Origin: Octopus sinensis
Lineage: Eukaryota
Reading direction: 5' to 3'
Length of the DNA stretch: 64,000 nucleotides
Assembly: GCF_006345805.1 (NCBI RefSeq)
Contig: NC_043015.1
Location: 21,080,001 to 21,144,000 of the forward strand
Each line of letters begins with the position of its first letter. Positions within the stretch are counted from its first letter, which is position 1. The position numbers were made by a program, and so were the translations under genes. Under the pieces are notes generated by a model. That model searched no databases. It saw only the letters and a program-made list of their open reading frames with translations, and was not told where the DNA came from. Below are positions 1 through 12,625 of this stretch, in pieces.

Positions 1-17
1 TCTCTACTCACCTATCC

Positions 18-70
<53 letters not shown>

Positions 71-200
71 GCTAGCTAGCTAGCTAGCTGTGTATGTGTG
101 TATCTATCTATCTACGCATATCTCTATCTATCTATCTACTCACCTATCTACCTATCACTGATTATATGCACCTTTCTATATCTATTAGTCTATGCCTATG
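1..200. repeat. (ATCT)n/(AGCT)n tetranucleotide microsatellite, degenerate at 3' side
   Basis: Direct: pure ATCT run at ~17-70, AGCT run at ~70-89, then a decayed ATCT-like tract. Confidence 0.95.
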
Positions 201-235
201 TATGTTTATATATGTATACGTATATTTGTGTTTCA

Positions 236-308
<73 letters not shown>

Positions 309-624
309 CGGTGCTCCAGCATGGCTGCAGTCAAATAACCGGAACGGGTAAAAGAAGAATAACAGAAGTACACACACAGACATATGACATACATATAGCC
401 CTCCCCTCAATCTCTGTGATCGATCCTCCATCTTTCCAACTACATACGAAACAAATATCATGGCAAACAACCCCACCACGACCACCACCACCCATCACTA
501 AGATTTCTACATAAGTGTGTATCCTCAGGCTGAAGTATTTGATGTCTGATTATAAACTCCTCTTTTGCCTCAATTCAGTCCTTGCTTAGCCACGGATATA
601 ACTTCTACATCGGTGCTTCTCTAC

Positions 625-869
625 AGGGGCCCACATGAACCTTTGTGCATCCATATGACCCTTCGGCTTCCATGTGAGATATTACTGAAATTTATCTGCA
701 GTTTATAGCAGGATTGGCTGTGTGGTAACAAGCTTGCTTCCCAACCACATGGTTCCGGGTTCAGTCCCACTGCATGGCACCTCGGGCAAGTGGCTTCTAC
801 TATAGCCTCAGGCTGACTAAAGCCTTGTGAATAGATTTGGTAGACGGAAACTGAAAGAAGCCATTTCTG

Positions 870-908
<39 letters not shown>

Positions 909-1285
909 TTTATTTGTGTGTCTCTGTTTTCCCCCCTCCACCATCGCTTGACAACCGATGTTTGTGTGTTTACATCCCCGTAATCCAGCGGTTCAGCAAA
1001 AAGAGACCGATAAAATAAGTACTAGGCTCACAAAGAATAGGTCGATTCGTTTGACTAAATGCAGTGCTCCAGCATGGCCGCAGTCAAATAACAAATAAAA
1101 GAATATACTGGTTATACTTTTAAAATACACAAAATATTTCACCATTTAAAAAAAAATATAATTCTAATAATTAATTATAAAAATATGACAGGAATTTTTT
1201 AAAACATTGACTAGTTATGAGGGTCCAGCCGGGTAGAATATGTATGAAAAGGGTCCATAGTTAAAATCTAGTTAGGGGCCACTGT
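625..1285. mobile_element. Possible hAT-like MITE split by a SINE-A insertion
   Basis: The right end AGTTAGGGGCCCACTG and internal GGGTCCA motifs resemble CAGTGGTTCTCAACC-type hAT MITEs (from memory). The left end is decayed and no TSD was identified. Confidence 0.3.
709..1105 (+). mobile_element. SINE family A, full length (tRNA-like head, CORE-like box, internal (TA)n, 3' tail)
   Basis: Head TGGCTGTGTGG...GGTTCAGTCCC (A/B-box-like), CACCTCGGGCAAGT box, internal (TA)n, tail GTGCTCCAGCATGGCCGCAGTCAAAT. About 20 related copies occur in the window. Confidence 0.9.
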
Positions 1286-2108
1286 TCTACACGGTCGACC
1301 TGCCTGAAATAACAGCCAAATGTTTCCTGAATTAACCGCTACTGTCTTCAATATGGAAGGGTTCGTTTGGATATGGTGGTCCAAGGCATACTTTTGAAAA
1401 CACAGCAAATAGCAAAACTTTTGATTTTAGGGTTGCTCAGTTAATTATGATTTAGGGTTAAAGAAGAATAATAGGAAGGATTTTGAATAAAGCAGTCCTA
1501 AATATGCAAGATGGAATGGTCACAGCGAGAACGCTTTTTATTATAGGCTGTATCAGGTTTGCTCAGGGTTTCAACAATAACGAAGGCAGCAAAAATAAAG
1601 ACGCATAGATTAAAAGAAATTGGGAATATGGAAGGATGCTCACGGATGGATCGCATTTGATCATCAATGCTTTTTCAAACCTGTGATGCAAATGTTGGAT
1701 TGAAAAACAGTGCCATAAAGAGCAGCCCTCCTTCCATGCCCACCGAGTTTTAGTTGAATACTGGACATTTGGATTGATTAATTAGACGATGTTCATTCAT
1801 TCGGCCAGCAACCTTTTCTACAAATTTTTGCAGCTTCTATGGTTGTGAAGTTAAGAAGCCCCCGTTTTAACTGCGTGGTTTGCGGTTCAATCTGACTGTG
1901 CAGCAGTTTCGTAGACGGAAATTTTGGGTGCCCTTCCTCTGTGTGTGTGTGTGTATGTGTGTGTGTGTGTGTATGTGTGTGTGTGTGTGTGTGTGTGATA
2001 CGAAATTACGATTTTTTAACGATAACTGATGAGGGAAGAGCATGACCTCGTTTTATGTGTGAATTTTCCGTGTTCCTTTGTCGCCCTGCGCAATTTTTGA
2101 ATCACACA

Positions 2109-2167
<59 letters not shown>

Positions 2168-2345
2168 GCATGCATACACACACACACACACACGCAGATG
2201 CGTATGATCCCCAATCACTTGACAACAGGTATGGACTTTTATCGACCTAAAGAGACATATACAACTAGGCAGTGAGGTTGATTTTGAGGAAACCCTTCAA
2301 AATGGTGTCCCAGCATGGCCGAAGTCCAATTACTGAAACAAGTGA

Positions 2346-2379
<34 letters not shown>

Positions 2380-2662
2380 CCACAGGCTCTGACAAAATAC
2401 CATGCAGGATTTCAGCTTTTTACCTTATGTCACTTAACTTCTGGCATTTAGACCCCTCTTGGTTCAAATCTCCTTTTCATCCTTACGAGGTCGATAAGCT
2501 GAAATACTCAAGTACTGGAGTCAATGTAATCGATTCGCACATTGTCTGTATATCAGAAACATATAGGACGGTAGAAGATCAAACTCCTTCATTACTTAAA
2601 AGCAGTGACTGCGCTGAATCGTTACAGAACTGGAAAAGAAATCTTTCCTGTTCTGACTTCAA

Positions 2663-2706
2663 ATCGCATTGATGTTAAGCTATGTTGGAGGACACACATA
2701 TACATA

Positions 2707-2741
<35 letters not shown>

Positions 2742-2896
2742 GACAGGCTCCTTTCAGTTTCCGTCTACCAAATCCACTCACAAGGCTTTGGTCGGCCCGA
2801 GGCTATAGAAGACACTTGCCCAAGGTGCTACGCAGTGGCACTGAACCCAGAACCAAGTGGTTGGTAGGCAAGCTACTTACCACACAGCCACTCCTG

Positions 2897-2897
<1 letters not shown>
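2663..2897 (-). mobile_element. SINE family A, 5' half plus microsatellite
   Basis: Reverse complement of the family-A head and body; near consensus. Confidence 0.9.
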
Positions 2898-2966
<69 letters not shown>

Positions 2967-3011
2967 TATATGCCATCCTCACACCACGCACACTGTGTGT
3001 ATGTGTGCATG

Positions 3012-3057
<46 letters not shown>

Positions 3058-3170
3058 CAAACAAACATACACGCACATGCATTCCTCACATCTGTATATG
3101 TGTGTGTATGTATACGTTGCCTCCCCCTCTCTCCCTCTCAAACACTCGCATTAATACCTTATGTTTTGCC

Positions 3171-3530
3171 TATCTTACTTGTTTCAGTCATTAGATCGCG
3201 GCCATGCTGGGGCATCGCCTTGAAGAATTTTTAGTCGAATGAACCGACCCCAGTCCTTCTTTTTTTTGTAGCCTGGTACATATTCTATCGGAGTTTTTGG
3301 CGAACGGCAACGTTACAGAGACATAAACACGCCAATACCGGTTGTGAAGCGGTGATGGGAGACAAACACGCACAATGAGCTTTGTTCTGTTTCCAAATGC
3401 ATCAACAAGCCTTTGGATGTTCCCCCAGGCTATAGTAGAAGCCACTTGCCCAAAGTGTCACTCAGTGGGACTGAACCCTGGAAGCACATGGCTCGGACGC
3501 AAGCTTCTAACCACACAACGACCCCAGCGC
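3171..3530 (-). mobile_element. SINE family A, full length, diverged, internal microsatellite nearly absent
   Basis: Tail (GCGGCCATGCTGGGGCATCGCC) through head (GTGGGACTGAACC) in reverse orientation. Confidence 0.85.
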
Positions 3531-3579
3531 CTATACTTCACTTGTTATCACTGATATCACTCAATTTCCCTTACAACAC

Positions 3580-3820
3580 CTGTTTCTCACTCTCTCTCTC
3601 TCTCTCACACTCTCTCACACATTCTTACACATGCACTGTCTCTCTTTCACTATATTCATCTTTCTCACCGTCTCTCTCTCTCCCCATCTCTCTCTTCCAA
3701 CGTTCGTTTTTGTCTTTTTAAAATTTTTTTCTTTAAAATCTTTTTTACTTTCTTTCGAAAAGAGCGTCTTGCTCCCTCGCTCTGACTCTCTCCCTTCCTT
3801 TTCCACCCTGCACCTTTCCG

Positions 3821-3853
<33 letters not shown>

Positions 3854-3944
3854 CTCTCTCCGTCTCTCCTGGCGGGCTCTGTCTGCTTCCCTCATTCTGC
3901 CTATGTGTATCTTTCTTTCCTTCTCTCCCTTTCCACCCTCTATA

Positions 3945-3978
<34 letters not shown>

Positions 3979-4056
3979 AAGTAGCCTCTCAATGGCTGTC
4001 CGTGTAGAGTAGCCTCTCTCCCTCTGTCTGTCTGTCTCTCTGCCTAATGTGTGTAT

Positions 4057-4088
<32 letters not shown>

Positions 4089-4460
4089 GCTCTTAAGTAC
4101 GGTCTACGTGTTTATCTATTTTAAATCACTATGACTGTCCTGTAGTTTGTCCTTCTGTTCAAGACTGACTTCTAAAATAGATTCCTAAAGACATATTAAA
4201 CACAATTTTCTGTTTTTAACCAACATCGTTTTACATGCTTACTTTTATCTATAACCTCCTTCTAAGTTATTTTTCACAATCTCCCTCTCTTTCTCTCTCC
4301 CTCTAAGTTTGATTGCCTGTCTGTGTGTGTGTGTCTCTCTGTCTCTCCCTCTCTCTCTCTCTGTCTCTCTGTCTCTCTCTCTCTCTATCAATATCTATAC
4401 GTGTCTATCTATCTTTGAAAATCTCTCTACACCCCTCTCTTTTCTTTTATTTTCTTTCAT
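3580..4460. repeat. Long polypyrimidine (CT)n-rich low-complexity tract
   Basis: Direct: multiple (CT)n and (CTGT)n runs on the + strand. Confidence 0.9.
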
Positions 4461-4694
4461 TCGCTGAACGTTGGACAACGGAATAAATTGCCGAAAGAAA
4501 TACTCTGTCCATTCGGATTAGGTGAGATTTTGTGTTCTGTTTGATTAGGCTGCTTACCGAATATTATCTATCGGAGAGAAGTGTGAGTGATGCAAAAAAG
4601 AAAGGAAAAAATCATTTTCGATGCTGATATCAGAACTGTATCCAGGTTTGCTATAGATGCGATTAATAATGGTTTCAAATTTTAACACAAGGGC

Positions 4695-5931
4695 AGTAAT
4701 TTCGGGTGAGGGGGTAAGTTGATTACATCGACCCCAATGCTCAACTGGTACTTATTCTGTCGACCCTGAAAGGATGCAAGGTAAAGTCGATTTCGGTGGA
4801 ATGTTAACACAGAACGCAGCGACGGGCGAAATGCCTATTTCTTTACTACCCACGAGGGGCTAAACACAGAGAGACAAACAAGGACAGACAAACAGATTAA
4901 GTCGATTATATCGACCCCAGTGCGTAACTGGTATTTATTTAATAGACCCCGAAAGGATGAAAGGCAAAGTCGACCTTGACGGAATTTGAACTCAGAACGT
5001 AACGGCAGACGAAATACCTATTTCTTTACTACCCACAAGGAGCTAAACACAGAGGGGACAAACAAGGACAGACAGATGGATTAAGTCGATTATATCGACC
5101 CCAGTGCGTAACTGGTACTTAATTTATCGATCCCGAAAAGATGAAAGGCAAAGTCTACCTCGGCAGAATTTGAACTCAGAACGTAACGGTAGAAGAAATA
5201 CTGCTAAGCATTTCGCCCGGCGTGCTAACATTTCTGCCAGCTTGCCGCCTTTTTTCTCTTTCTGCTCCTTCTCTTTTCTATTCTTCTCTCTTCTTATTCT
5301 CTTCCCTCCTTTAAGTATGTATGTCTGTGTGTGAGTGAGTGTATGTGTGTAATACATATATTTCTTTACTACCCACAAGGAGCTAAGCACAGAGGGGACA
5401 AACAAGGACAGACAAACGGATTAAGTCGATTACTTCGACCCCAGTGCGTAACTGGTACTTAATCTATCTACCCCGAAAAGATGAAAAGCAAAGTCTACCT
5501 CGGCAGAATTTGAACTCAGAACGTAACGGTAGAAGAAATACTGCTAAGCATTTCGCCCGGCGTGCTAACATTTCTGCCAGCTTGCCGCCTTTTTTCTCTT
5601 TCTGCTCCTTCTCTTTTCTATTCTTCTCTCTTCTTATTCTCTTCCCTCCTTTAAGTATGTGTGTCTGTGTGTGAGTGAGTGTATGTGTGTAATACATATA
5701 TTTCTTTACTACCCACAAGGAGCTAAGCACAGTGGGGACAAACAAGGACAGACAAACGGATTAAGTCGATTACTTCGACCCCAGTGCGTAACTGGTACTT
5801 AATTTATCTACCTCGAAACGATGAAAGGCAAAGTCGACCTCGGCAGAATTTGATCTCAGAACGTAACGGCATACGAAATACGGCTACGCATTTCGCCCGG
5901 CGTGTTAACGATTCTGCCAGCTCGTCGCCTT
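4695..5931 (-). mobile_element. Array of five SINE family B copies, head-to-tail
   Basis: Copies begin on + at ~4695, 4836, 5019, 5359 and 5699. They carry the reverse complement of the B-box GAGTTCAAATTCC and of the Meta-like GGTCGACTTTGCCTTTCATCCTTTCGGGGTCGAT; some copies are diverged. Confidence 0.92.
5019..5698. repeat. 340-bp tandem duplication (SINE-B plus spacer)
   Basis: 5019-5358 and 5359-5698 have 340-bp periodicity; the ORF pairs 5104/5444 and 5124/5464 confirm the offset. Confidence 0.95.
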
Positions 5932-5941
5932 GATGATGATG

Positions 5942-5990
<49 letters not shown>

Positions 5991-6624
5991 TAATATTAAT
6001 AATAGCCAGTTGTCGGTCGTTGCTTTCACTAGCCATACTTTACATAGAGAGAGAGAGAGAGAGAGAGAAGGAGAGTAAAATGGAGAGAGGTACAGGAAGA
6101 GTGCATATACCAGGCTTGGTGGCTGGAAATCATTAAAAGAACGCTGTACATACACATAGAGTGAGAAAGATAACAGTAGATATGGAGGAATTACACAAAT
6201 AAGAAATTTGTCTTAATTTTAATGTGATAAATACTTTTCTTTTGAAAATTACTTTCCATTTCATCATTTTATATAATTATCATGTAATTCGATAAATCTA
6301 AATTATATTCATGGTATACCATATTTCCTCACATTTCGCATGATGCCAAAAATATACTTTCAAAGCCTTCCGCCCTAAGAACGAAACACTAGTTTGGTTT
6401 AAATTTGGAATACTTTGTATTTTTCTGAATAATTACTCCCAACATTGTCTTTTAATTAATTTACTTCGTAACTATGCATCTCCTGTTTATATTTTCTGTT
6501 ATGTTTTCAGTTTTTCTCGGTAATTTTAAGAGCAAAACACACCGACGAACTATTACACCTGTTCTTGTGAAAATATAGCGATTACAATTTTGACTGTCAT
6601 GTCCATCTGCACGCAGATATTATA

Positions 6625-6882
6625 CAGGGTAATTCAAAAGTCTCCATACATAGGAAAAATTTATTCTTTTGTACGAAACATTTTATAAGACTCCCTAGTT
6701 TCCCTGATTTGACTTCTCTTGATTTCTATATTTGGGGGCATTTGAAAAGCATGGTGTATCGCAGAAAGATAGCAGACATAAAGGAATGCATCACCAACTC
6801 ATATGCACACACATATACAAGCATGTACACAAAAAGGCCTTGGTATGTTAAAGTACGAGAGGTTATTTTGGTAAATGGATAG
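6625..6882 (+). mobile_element. Tc1/mariner-superfamily relic: probable left TIR joined to a transposase C-terminal fragment
   Basis: TA|CAGGGTAATTCAAAAG at 6623. 6691 onward translates LPSFPDLTSLDFYIWGHLKSMVY, matching the SPDLxPxDFxLWGxLK motif. Confidence 0.7.
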
Positions 6883-7026
6883 AAATGTTTAAAGTTTAGG
6901 AGAATAGCTTTTTGTAAAAACAAGAAATTACTACTGTTTCAAATATTGTGTAAAGCGAGGGATGAGTTAAAAGATGGAGCGGAAGGTAGCGTATAGCTCC
7001 AGTTTAACAAAACGCATAAATTCAAA

Positions 7027-7325
7027 TTAAGCTAGATCCGTTATCCCCTTGTAAAAGAGTCTAAATGTTCGAAGAATCTTGTGGTTGATCTGATAAATAG
7101 TTAATTTTCTTTGTTTGCAAGTTGTGTGTTGGACTGTTATATATTTTGAACTGTTTCCTTGGCGCACAATGTCCATGGATTTGGCTCTTTCATTTATGGG
7201 GTTGCAAATTTCAATATGCTTCATTGTTTTGTGTTGCAGGCGTACTCGGTCAGTGAAGCTGAACTGGCCAATTTAGGGTTTTGAACGAGTGCACAGGCTT
7301 ATAAAAGCTTTCCTTGAAATTATTA
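7027..7325 (-). mobile_element. Decayed RTE-like reverse transcriptase fragment
   Basis: Colinear motif remnants: NFK/KAFIS (cf. DFxKAFDS, with frameshift), DIVRQG (cf. GVRQG), INHKILRTFRLFYKGI (cf. INGExLxHLRFADDI). Confidence 0.45.
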
Positions 7326-7547
7326 GCCGTAGCTCCTACATATTCAGTTGTAGCTGCACGCGTAATTACTGATGTATATTGTGTATGTTATATGGGCAGC
7401 TTTTGATTTTTCAGTCTGTTTGCATCTTTACCATTTGCAAGAATTTTTTCTCCACAGTGAAATTGCTTTTGGAAGTTAAAACATGTCAAACATTTTCGAA
7501 CAAACCTATGGTTGTCTATCTTTAACCACTGCTTAGAGCTTGTACAT

Positions 7548-7584
<37 letters not shown>

Positions 7585-8008
7585 TTTGGTTGTCATCCAG
7601 TTAATCAACAGGGAACAAAACAAGTGCGATTTTCCTGTTCAAATTCACCACATGATTGGTTGAAGTAAAGCAATCAATGCCTTTCGTCTAATTAATGAAT
7701 AGGATGAAAATAAAAGAGATCCTGACATGTTTCTTTAGTGTTAATCTATTTGTGTTTCCAGCTGAGAACAGTGAAAGACTTTCCTGCATTTAGCCAAATC
7801 AGAAATAAAACAATATAAGTTCCATTTTACTTTAGAAGAATGAACTAGATCCCACGGATAATGAAAGAGAGGTTGATGTAGATATATATGTAATTAGTGA
7901 TTGCTTTGCACATTTTAGAGATCTTGAGTACATACCTGAAGTCAATTTGGAACCAAAAATATGTTTTTTAATAACGCTGGAATAGCCTTGTTGAAAACTT
8001 ATTTCACG

Positions 8009-8620
8009 CTGTCAAATGAGAAAGCAGAGCCTCTCTGCTTAGATGCAAAAGAAACTGTATGTTAAAAGTGAAATTCTGACTGAACATTCTATACTATAGA
8101 AAATGCTTTGTTCTTTCTATTGTAATGACATCAATGAGCTCTTCATTATTTTGACAAAGTATCATGCTGAATCTAAACGCAGCCTCCGTACTGTTTCATC
8201 ACAAAGAAGCTTGAAATCAGTTTTGCTGCATAATTGAAATATAAAGATATGACTCTCCACTGTCTTTTCCAGAGACATGTTCACATGAATGCACTGCTTA
8301 ACACGATTCACTGCTGTATTCAATGAATCCCATATGGAGAGCTCGAAAGCTATTGGGCGTACAGGCATAAGTTTACTATTTATTAAAGATGATAAGCCGC
8401 TTAATCACGTGCTCCAGGATTGTGCAGCATCTAATTTGTCGTTGATCAAGAAAATATTTCTGTCACTTCTCCATTTTAATCTCGGTTTAGTGAAACATTT
8501 TGTTGAACATCAGAACATCAGGACCTTTCAAAAAAAAAAAAAAAGAAAAAACCTAAATGTAAGTGGAGAAAAGTTGAATGAAGGGATTTTTGTGGGGCTG
8601 CTTATCGGAGGTATTTAAAC
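8009..8620 (+). mobile_element. Decayed Chapaev3-like (CMC superfamily) transposase fragment
   Basis: Colinear motifs LSNEKAE (8009), YCNDINEL (8118), SSQRSLKSVLLHN (~8196-8234), KIFLSLLHFNLGLVKHFV (8451), KLNEGIFVG (8571). These match the remembered DSSKRSLKAVLLHN / LPPLHIKLGLMKxFV / KEGIFVGPQIR signature; stops and frameshifts are present. Confidence 0.7.
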
Positions 8621-8710
8621 CCATTGAATTTCGACATTCAATTCTCTGGAATTAAAAAGAATAACAGAGTTTTAATTAGTGAAACAAAGACATTCTGGAG
8701 AATAGGTAAC

Positions 8711-8879
8711 AACATGGCTGTATGTTTAAGAAGCTCGGATTTATATTCATGTGGTTTCCGGTTCTATCCAACCGCGCGGCAATTTGAGTGTTTTCTACCT
8801 AGAACCCCGGGGTGACGAATGCTTTGTGATTGAATGTGGTAGACATACACAGTACGGAAGCCCATCCTGTATATACATA

Positions 8880-8935
<56 letters not shown>

Positions 8936-9112
8936 ACCATTTGACAAGCGATATTGGTTTGTTTACATCTCCATAAATTCGCAGTAGGGCAGAAGAAGCC
9001 AAACCTATACAATAAGTGTCAGAGTTAAGTACTGATCGATTTGTTCGACTAAGCCCTTCAAGGTGGTGCTCCAGCATGGCCGCGGTCCAATGACATGTAA
9101 GACAAGAGATAA
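8711..9112 (+). mobile_element. SINE family A, diverged
   Basis: Head, internal (TA)n and tail GGTGGTGCTCCAGCATGGCCGC. Confidence 0.8.
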
Positions 9113-9904
9113 TTCCCTCGATACAGAGGAGGTGGGGACTGAAAACCTCTTTGAGATGCCTGCAAAGAATCTGGAAATGAAGTATGATGCTTGACTAGAG
9201 TTGGCTGTTATATCGCAACAAACCAGACCAAGTTTATAGGAGAAACTCATATCAGCCTTGCATTATGGATATTGAATGTAGTGTGTATCGAATTGAATTT
9301 ATGATATCAAAATCAGGTTAAAATTAATATTGCATGAATTAACGATGTATATCTCGTGCGTTTCGGTTAAAGCAATAAACAAATTTTGGATAAAATGTTA
9401 TTTAATACATTTTAATTATTAAGAATATTGAGAAAAAACAAATTTTAAATTGCCGTGTTTAAAAAGAACGAGTTGAAGAAAAATTAAAGAGAGATTCGGC
9501 ATCAGAGTGCAAACGTATGACAAAAAACGACTTACATCGTGTTTGATGGGAAAATATATTAATTTTATTCAGGAGGCTGTATGTTTGTTTATCTCTGTTC
9601 ATATCTCGTCGTCTCATTATTTCTATCTATTTATGAAAACATAACTTCATCAGACTGCACCTGTCTCATTTCACCTCAGTATAACATTCTTTCTCTCTCT
9701 CTCTCATACACAATAACACACACAGGAGCAAGTGAACAGACGAAAGAAAATAGCACTCAACACATTTTATAGGAGTTACATGTGTTATTAATTCAAACGG
9801 TTTGATTCAGTTCCATGTGACAGTTTACTGAAGTCGGAAAAGTGAGCCTGAACGAATTAGGACTCAGTAAGGGGCCTACGAAACTAACTTGCATGGAGCT
9901 GAAT

Positions 9905-9918
9905 CAAATTGTTTAATA

Positions 9919-9950
<32 letters not shown>

Positions 9951-9966
9951 GATGATGATGATGATG

Positions 9967-10000
<34 letters not shown>
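9905..10000. repeat. Inverted trinucleotide microsatellite (AAT)n-(GAT)n-(ATT)n
   Basis: Direct: the AAT run and the ATT run are reverse complements around a GAT run. Confidence 0.9.
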
Positions 10001-10001
<1 letters not shown>

Positions 10002-10577
10002 ACGAGAATGTGGCCAGATATATCCACTGGCTGTTGTGCGGTAAAGCAAAATAGCGCACAAAATACTCTGAGAAAATGAACACTACAAAACACTCTGGGA
10101 TTTTAACATGCAGTGCAACCAAGTCATAGAGGCGAGACGAGACGACCAGATATCGTGCTCATCCATAAAGATGAAAAAGAAGTAAAGATGTTGCAATACC
10201 AGGCGAGTTGAAGGTGAAATGTAAGGAAACAAAAAAGCGTGAGAAATACCAGCCACTGCGGGACGAGATAGGAAAGTTATGGGGCATGAGGCAAGTAATA
10301 GTGATACCGGTGGTAATTGGAGTATTAGGAGCAGTTTCCACGGGCTTTGAAAAACATTAAGAATATTGGAGCTGCTGTCAGGCTCGAATTGATCCAGACA
10401 GCATTGTTAGTTACAGCTCGCATTCTAAGGAGAGTATTGTCTGTTTGAGTCACAGGAGATGGCACTACTTGATACTTTTGGTGATTTATCATTGCCTGCT
10501 TTCAAGTAAAGAAAAGCCGGTAATTAAGCACTATCCGAGAGTATTTCAGAATAACTATAGCAATGCTAATAATAATA
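10001..10577 (+). mobile_element. 5'-truncated R4/Dong-clade non-LTR retrotransposon (restriction-like endonuclease C-terminus and 3' UTR)
   Basis: Translates HENVARYIHW...LWDFNMQ...PDIVL...EKYQPLRDEIGKLW...VIPVVIGVLG...ILRRVLSV* (stop 10446-10448), with frameshifts. Ends in an (AAT)n tail at ~10567-10577. Confidence 0.8.
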
Positions 10578-11189
10578 TGTAGTACCAGGTTGTGGCGCTC
10601 ATGGCGGCTGATCTTAATTGGTTGGTAGTTTTATCATGTACATTGTTTTGTCTTGGTATAAAAGAAGGGCTACAGTAAATATTCTGCTCAATACCACAGA
10701 TTTGCTTGTCACTTGTTTGACCTTAAGCATTTGAGCATGTCCCTTGGTTGCAGATGAGATGTGCATCTCTGATCATGAGCAGAAGTAAGGGGGAGCATCA
10801 TAGCCATGTGTTGTGAGGGATTCTTTGGGGTTTGAACAATTCACCTCTGGGAACATTGGTGTTTCGTTCATCATCACTAAATAAACCTTATTCAGGGACC
10901 TTTTGAGTGGGATAGGATACTCAACCTGAAGAAAATTCTAACTGGACCCCACCTACAAGGTCATACACTGTTTATATTGATATGAGATTATCATTTACAT
11001 ACATATGGTTATGATGCATGTGCCTGGTGTACCCTTATTAGACGGGTACTCATGTTGGGTATAATTTGCTTCGCATATTTTACTCTAGTATCATTTTGAT
11101 GGCATGCACTGCTCTCTCACTCCATAGCAAAAATAATCCTTTCTACTATTAAATTTTTGGGGGGAGGGGACTGGTCGATTACAGCGAAT

Positions 11190-11388
11190 TTAGGACAAAC
11201 AAAGACAGACAAACGCATTAAGTCGATTATATCGACCCCAGTGCGTAACTGGTACTTATTTAATCGACCCCGAAAGGATGAAAGGCAAAGTCGACCTCGG
11301 CGGAATTTGAACTCAGAACGTAACGGCAGACGAAATACTGCTAAGCATTTCGCCCGGCGTGCTAACGTTTCTGCCAGCTCGCCGCCTT
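11190..11388 (-). mobile_element. SINE family B, near consensus, adjoining a fragment of the alternative B tail (11131-11186)
   Basis: Reverse complement of head GGCGGCGAGCTGGCAGAAACGTTAGC and of the Meta-like domain. Confidence 0.92.
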
Positions 11389-11403
11389 CTCTCGCTCAAT
11401 AAC

Positions 11404-11455
<52 letters not shown>

Positions 11456-11533
11456 TATATATGCGTGTATATGTACATGTAGAGGTAGGTACGTACATAT
11501 ATGTTTATATATATGCATATGTTCTATTTTATT

Positions 11534-11568
<35 letters not shown>

Positions 11569-11689
11569 CTTTTCTGACTAATTATTTCTTCATGTCTATC
11601 GTTCTACACTCTTCGTCACTCTCTGTATTTCTATTGTATTTCTTTTCCACATCATTTCACTCCGCACCCTGTCTGTCTGTCAGTCTCAC

Positions 11690-11745
<56 letters not shown>

Positions 11746-12574
11746 GCACTCTTTCCTTTCTTTCAGTGTTTATACTAATTAGCACCAAAGGTCGGTTCTA
11801 ACCGAGAAAACACGATTAAAATGGTTTATCAATGAGCCTCCAGTCATGTATTTCGAAGAAAAACAGGATTTTGCATGAAAAATTTCGAATAAAATTGAAA
11901 TATATGCCAATAAAATAATTTAAAAACCATATGTTATTAAAAATATTACAACTCACTATTTCTAAAGTATGCTGATGGTCCATAAGATATTACAATGGGT
12001 TCCTTGATGTTTAGGAAACGATTTAAGCCTTTCGTGACCGACAATAGATTGGAAATCAATGACGTAGAGCGCGAATTCAGAAAAGACTGCTGTTTCAAGC
12101 AGGCTAATTGATCATATTGAAGGTCACTCGTTCTCTTGCTCTGTTTTAGTTATTGATGTGTAACCCCTGCTATGCCCTGGTGGAGTACGTTTGTGATGAC
12201 CATAGGCATTTCATTCGTGATCCTCCTGCAAGATAGCCCGAAGACAATATACAATTTGTCCTGTTCTAAGACAGTAAAGTAAGATTTGAGAAAATTTGTT
12301 TATCTTTAGAAGCTTCCTCTCTAACAAAACTTTGTACTTCCATATTCTCCCTTCTGCGGTGTCTCTTGTCATTTCTCTCTATCAACACACACTCTGTACG
12401 TGTGCATATATTTGCATGTGTGTGTGTATACGCACAGAAACACGCACATCTATATGTATACACACACGCAAGCATATATTCTCACACAAACATACATATA
12501 TACACTCACAAACTAACACACATATATACGCACAAACATCTCTCTCTCTCTCTCGCTCTCTCTCTCTCTCTATA

Positions 12575-12625
<51 letters not shown>

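Noticed and set aside
2026-2056. CTGATGAG followed by a small stem (similar at 29972 and, on minus, 34770)
   Set aside because: No GAAA box follows the stem, so these are not hammerheads.
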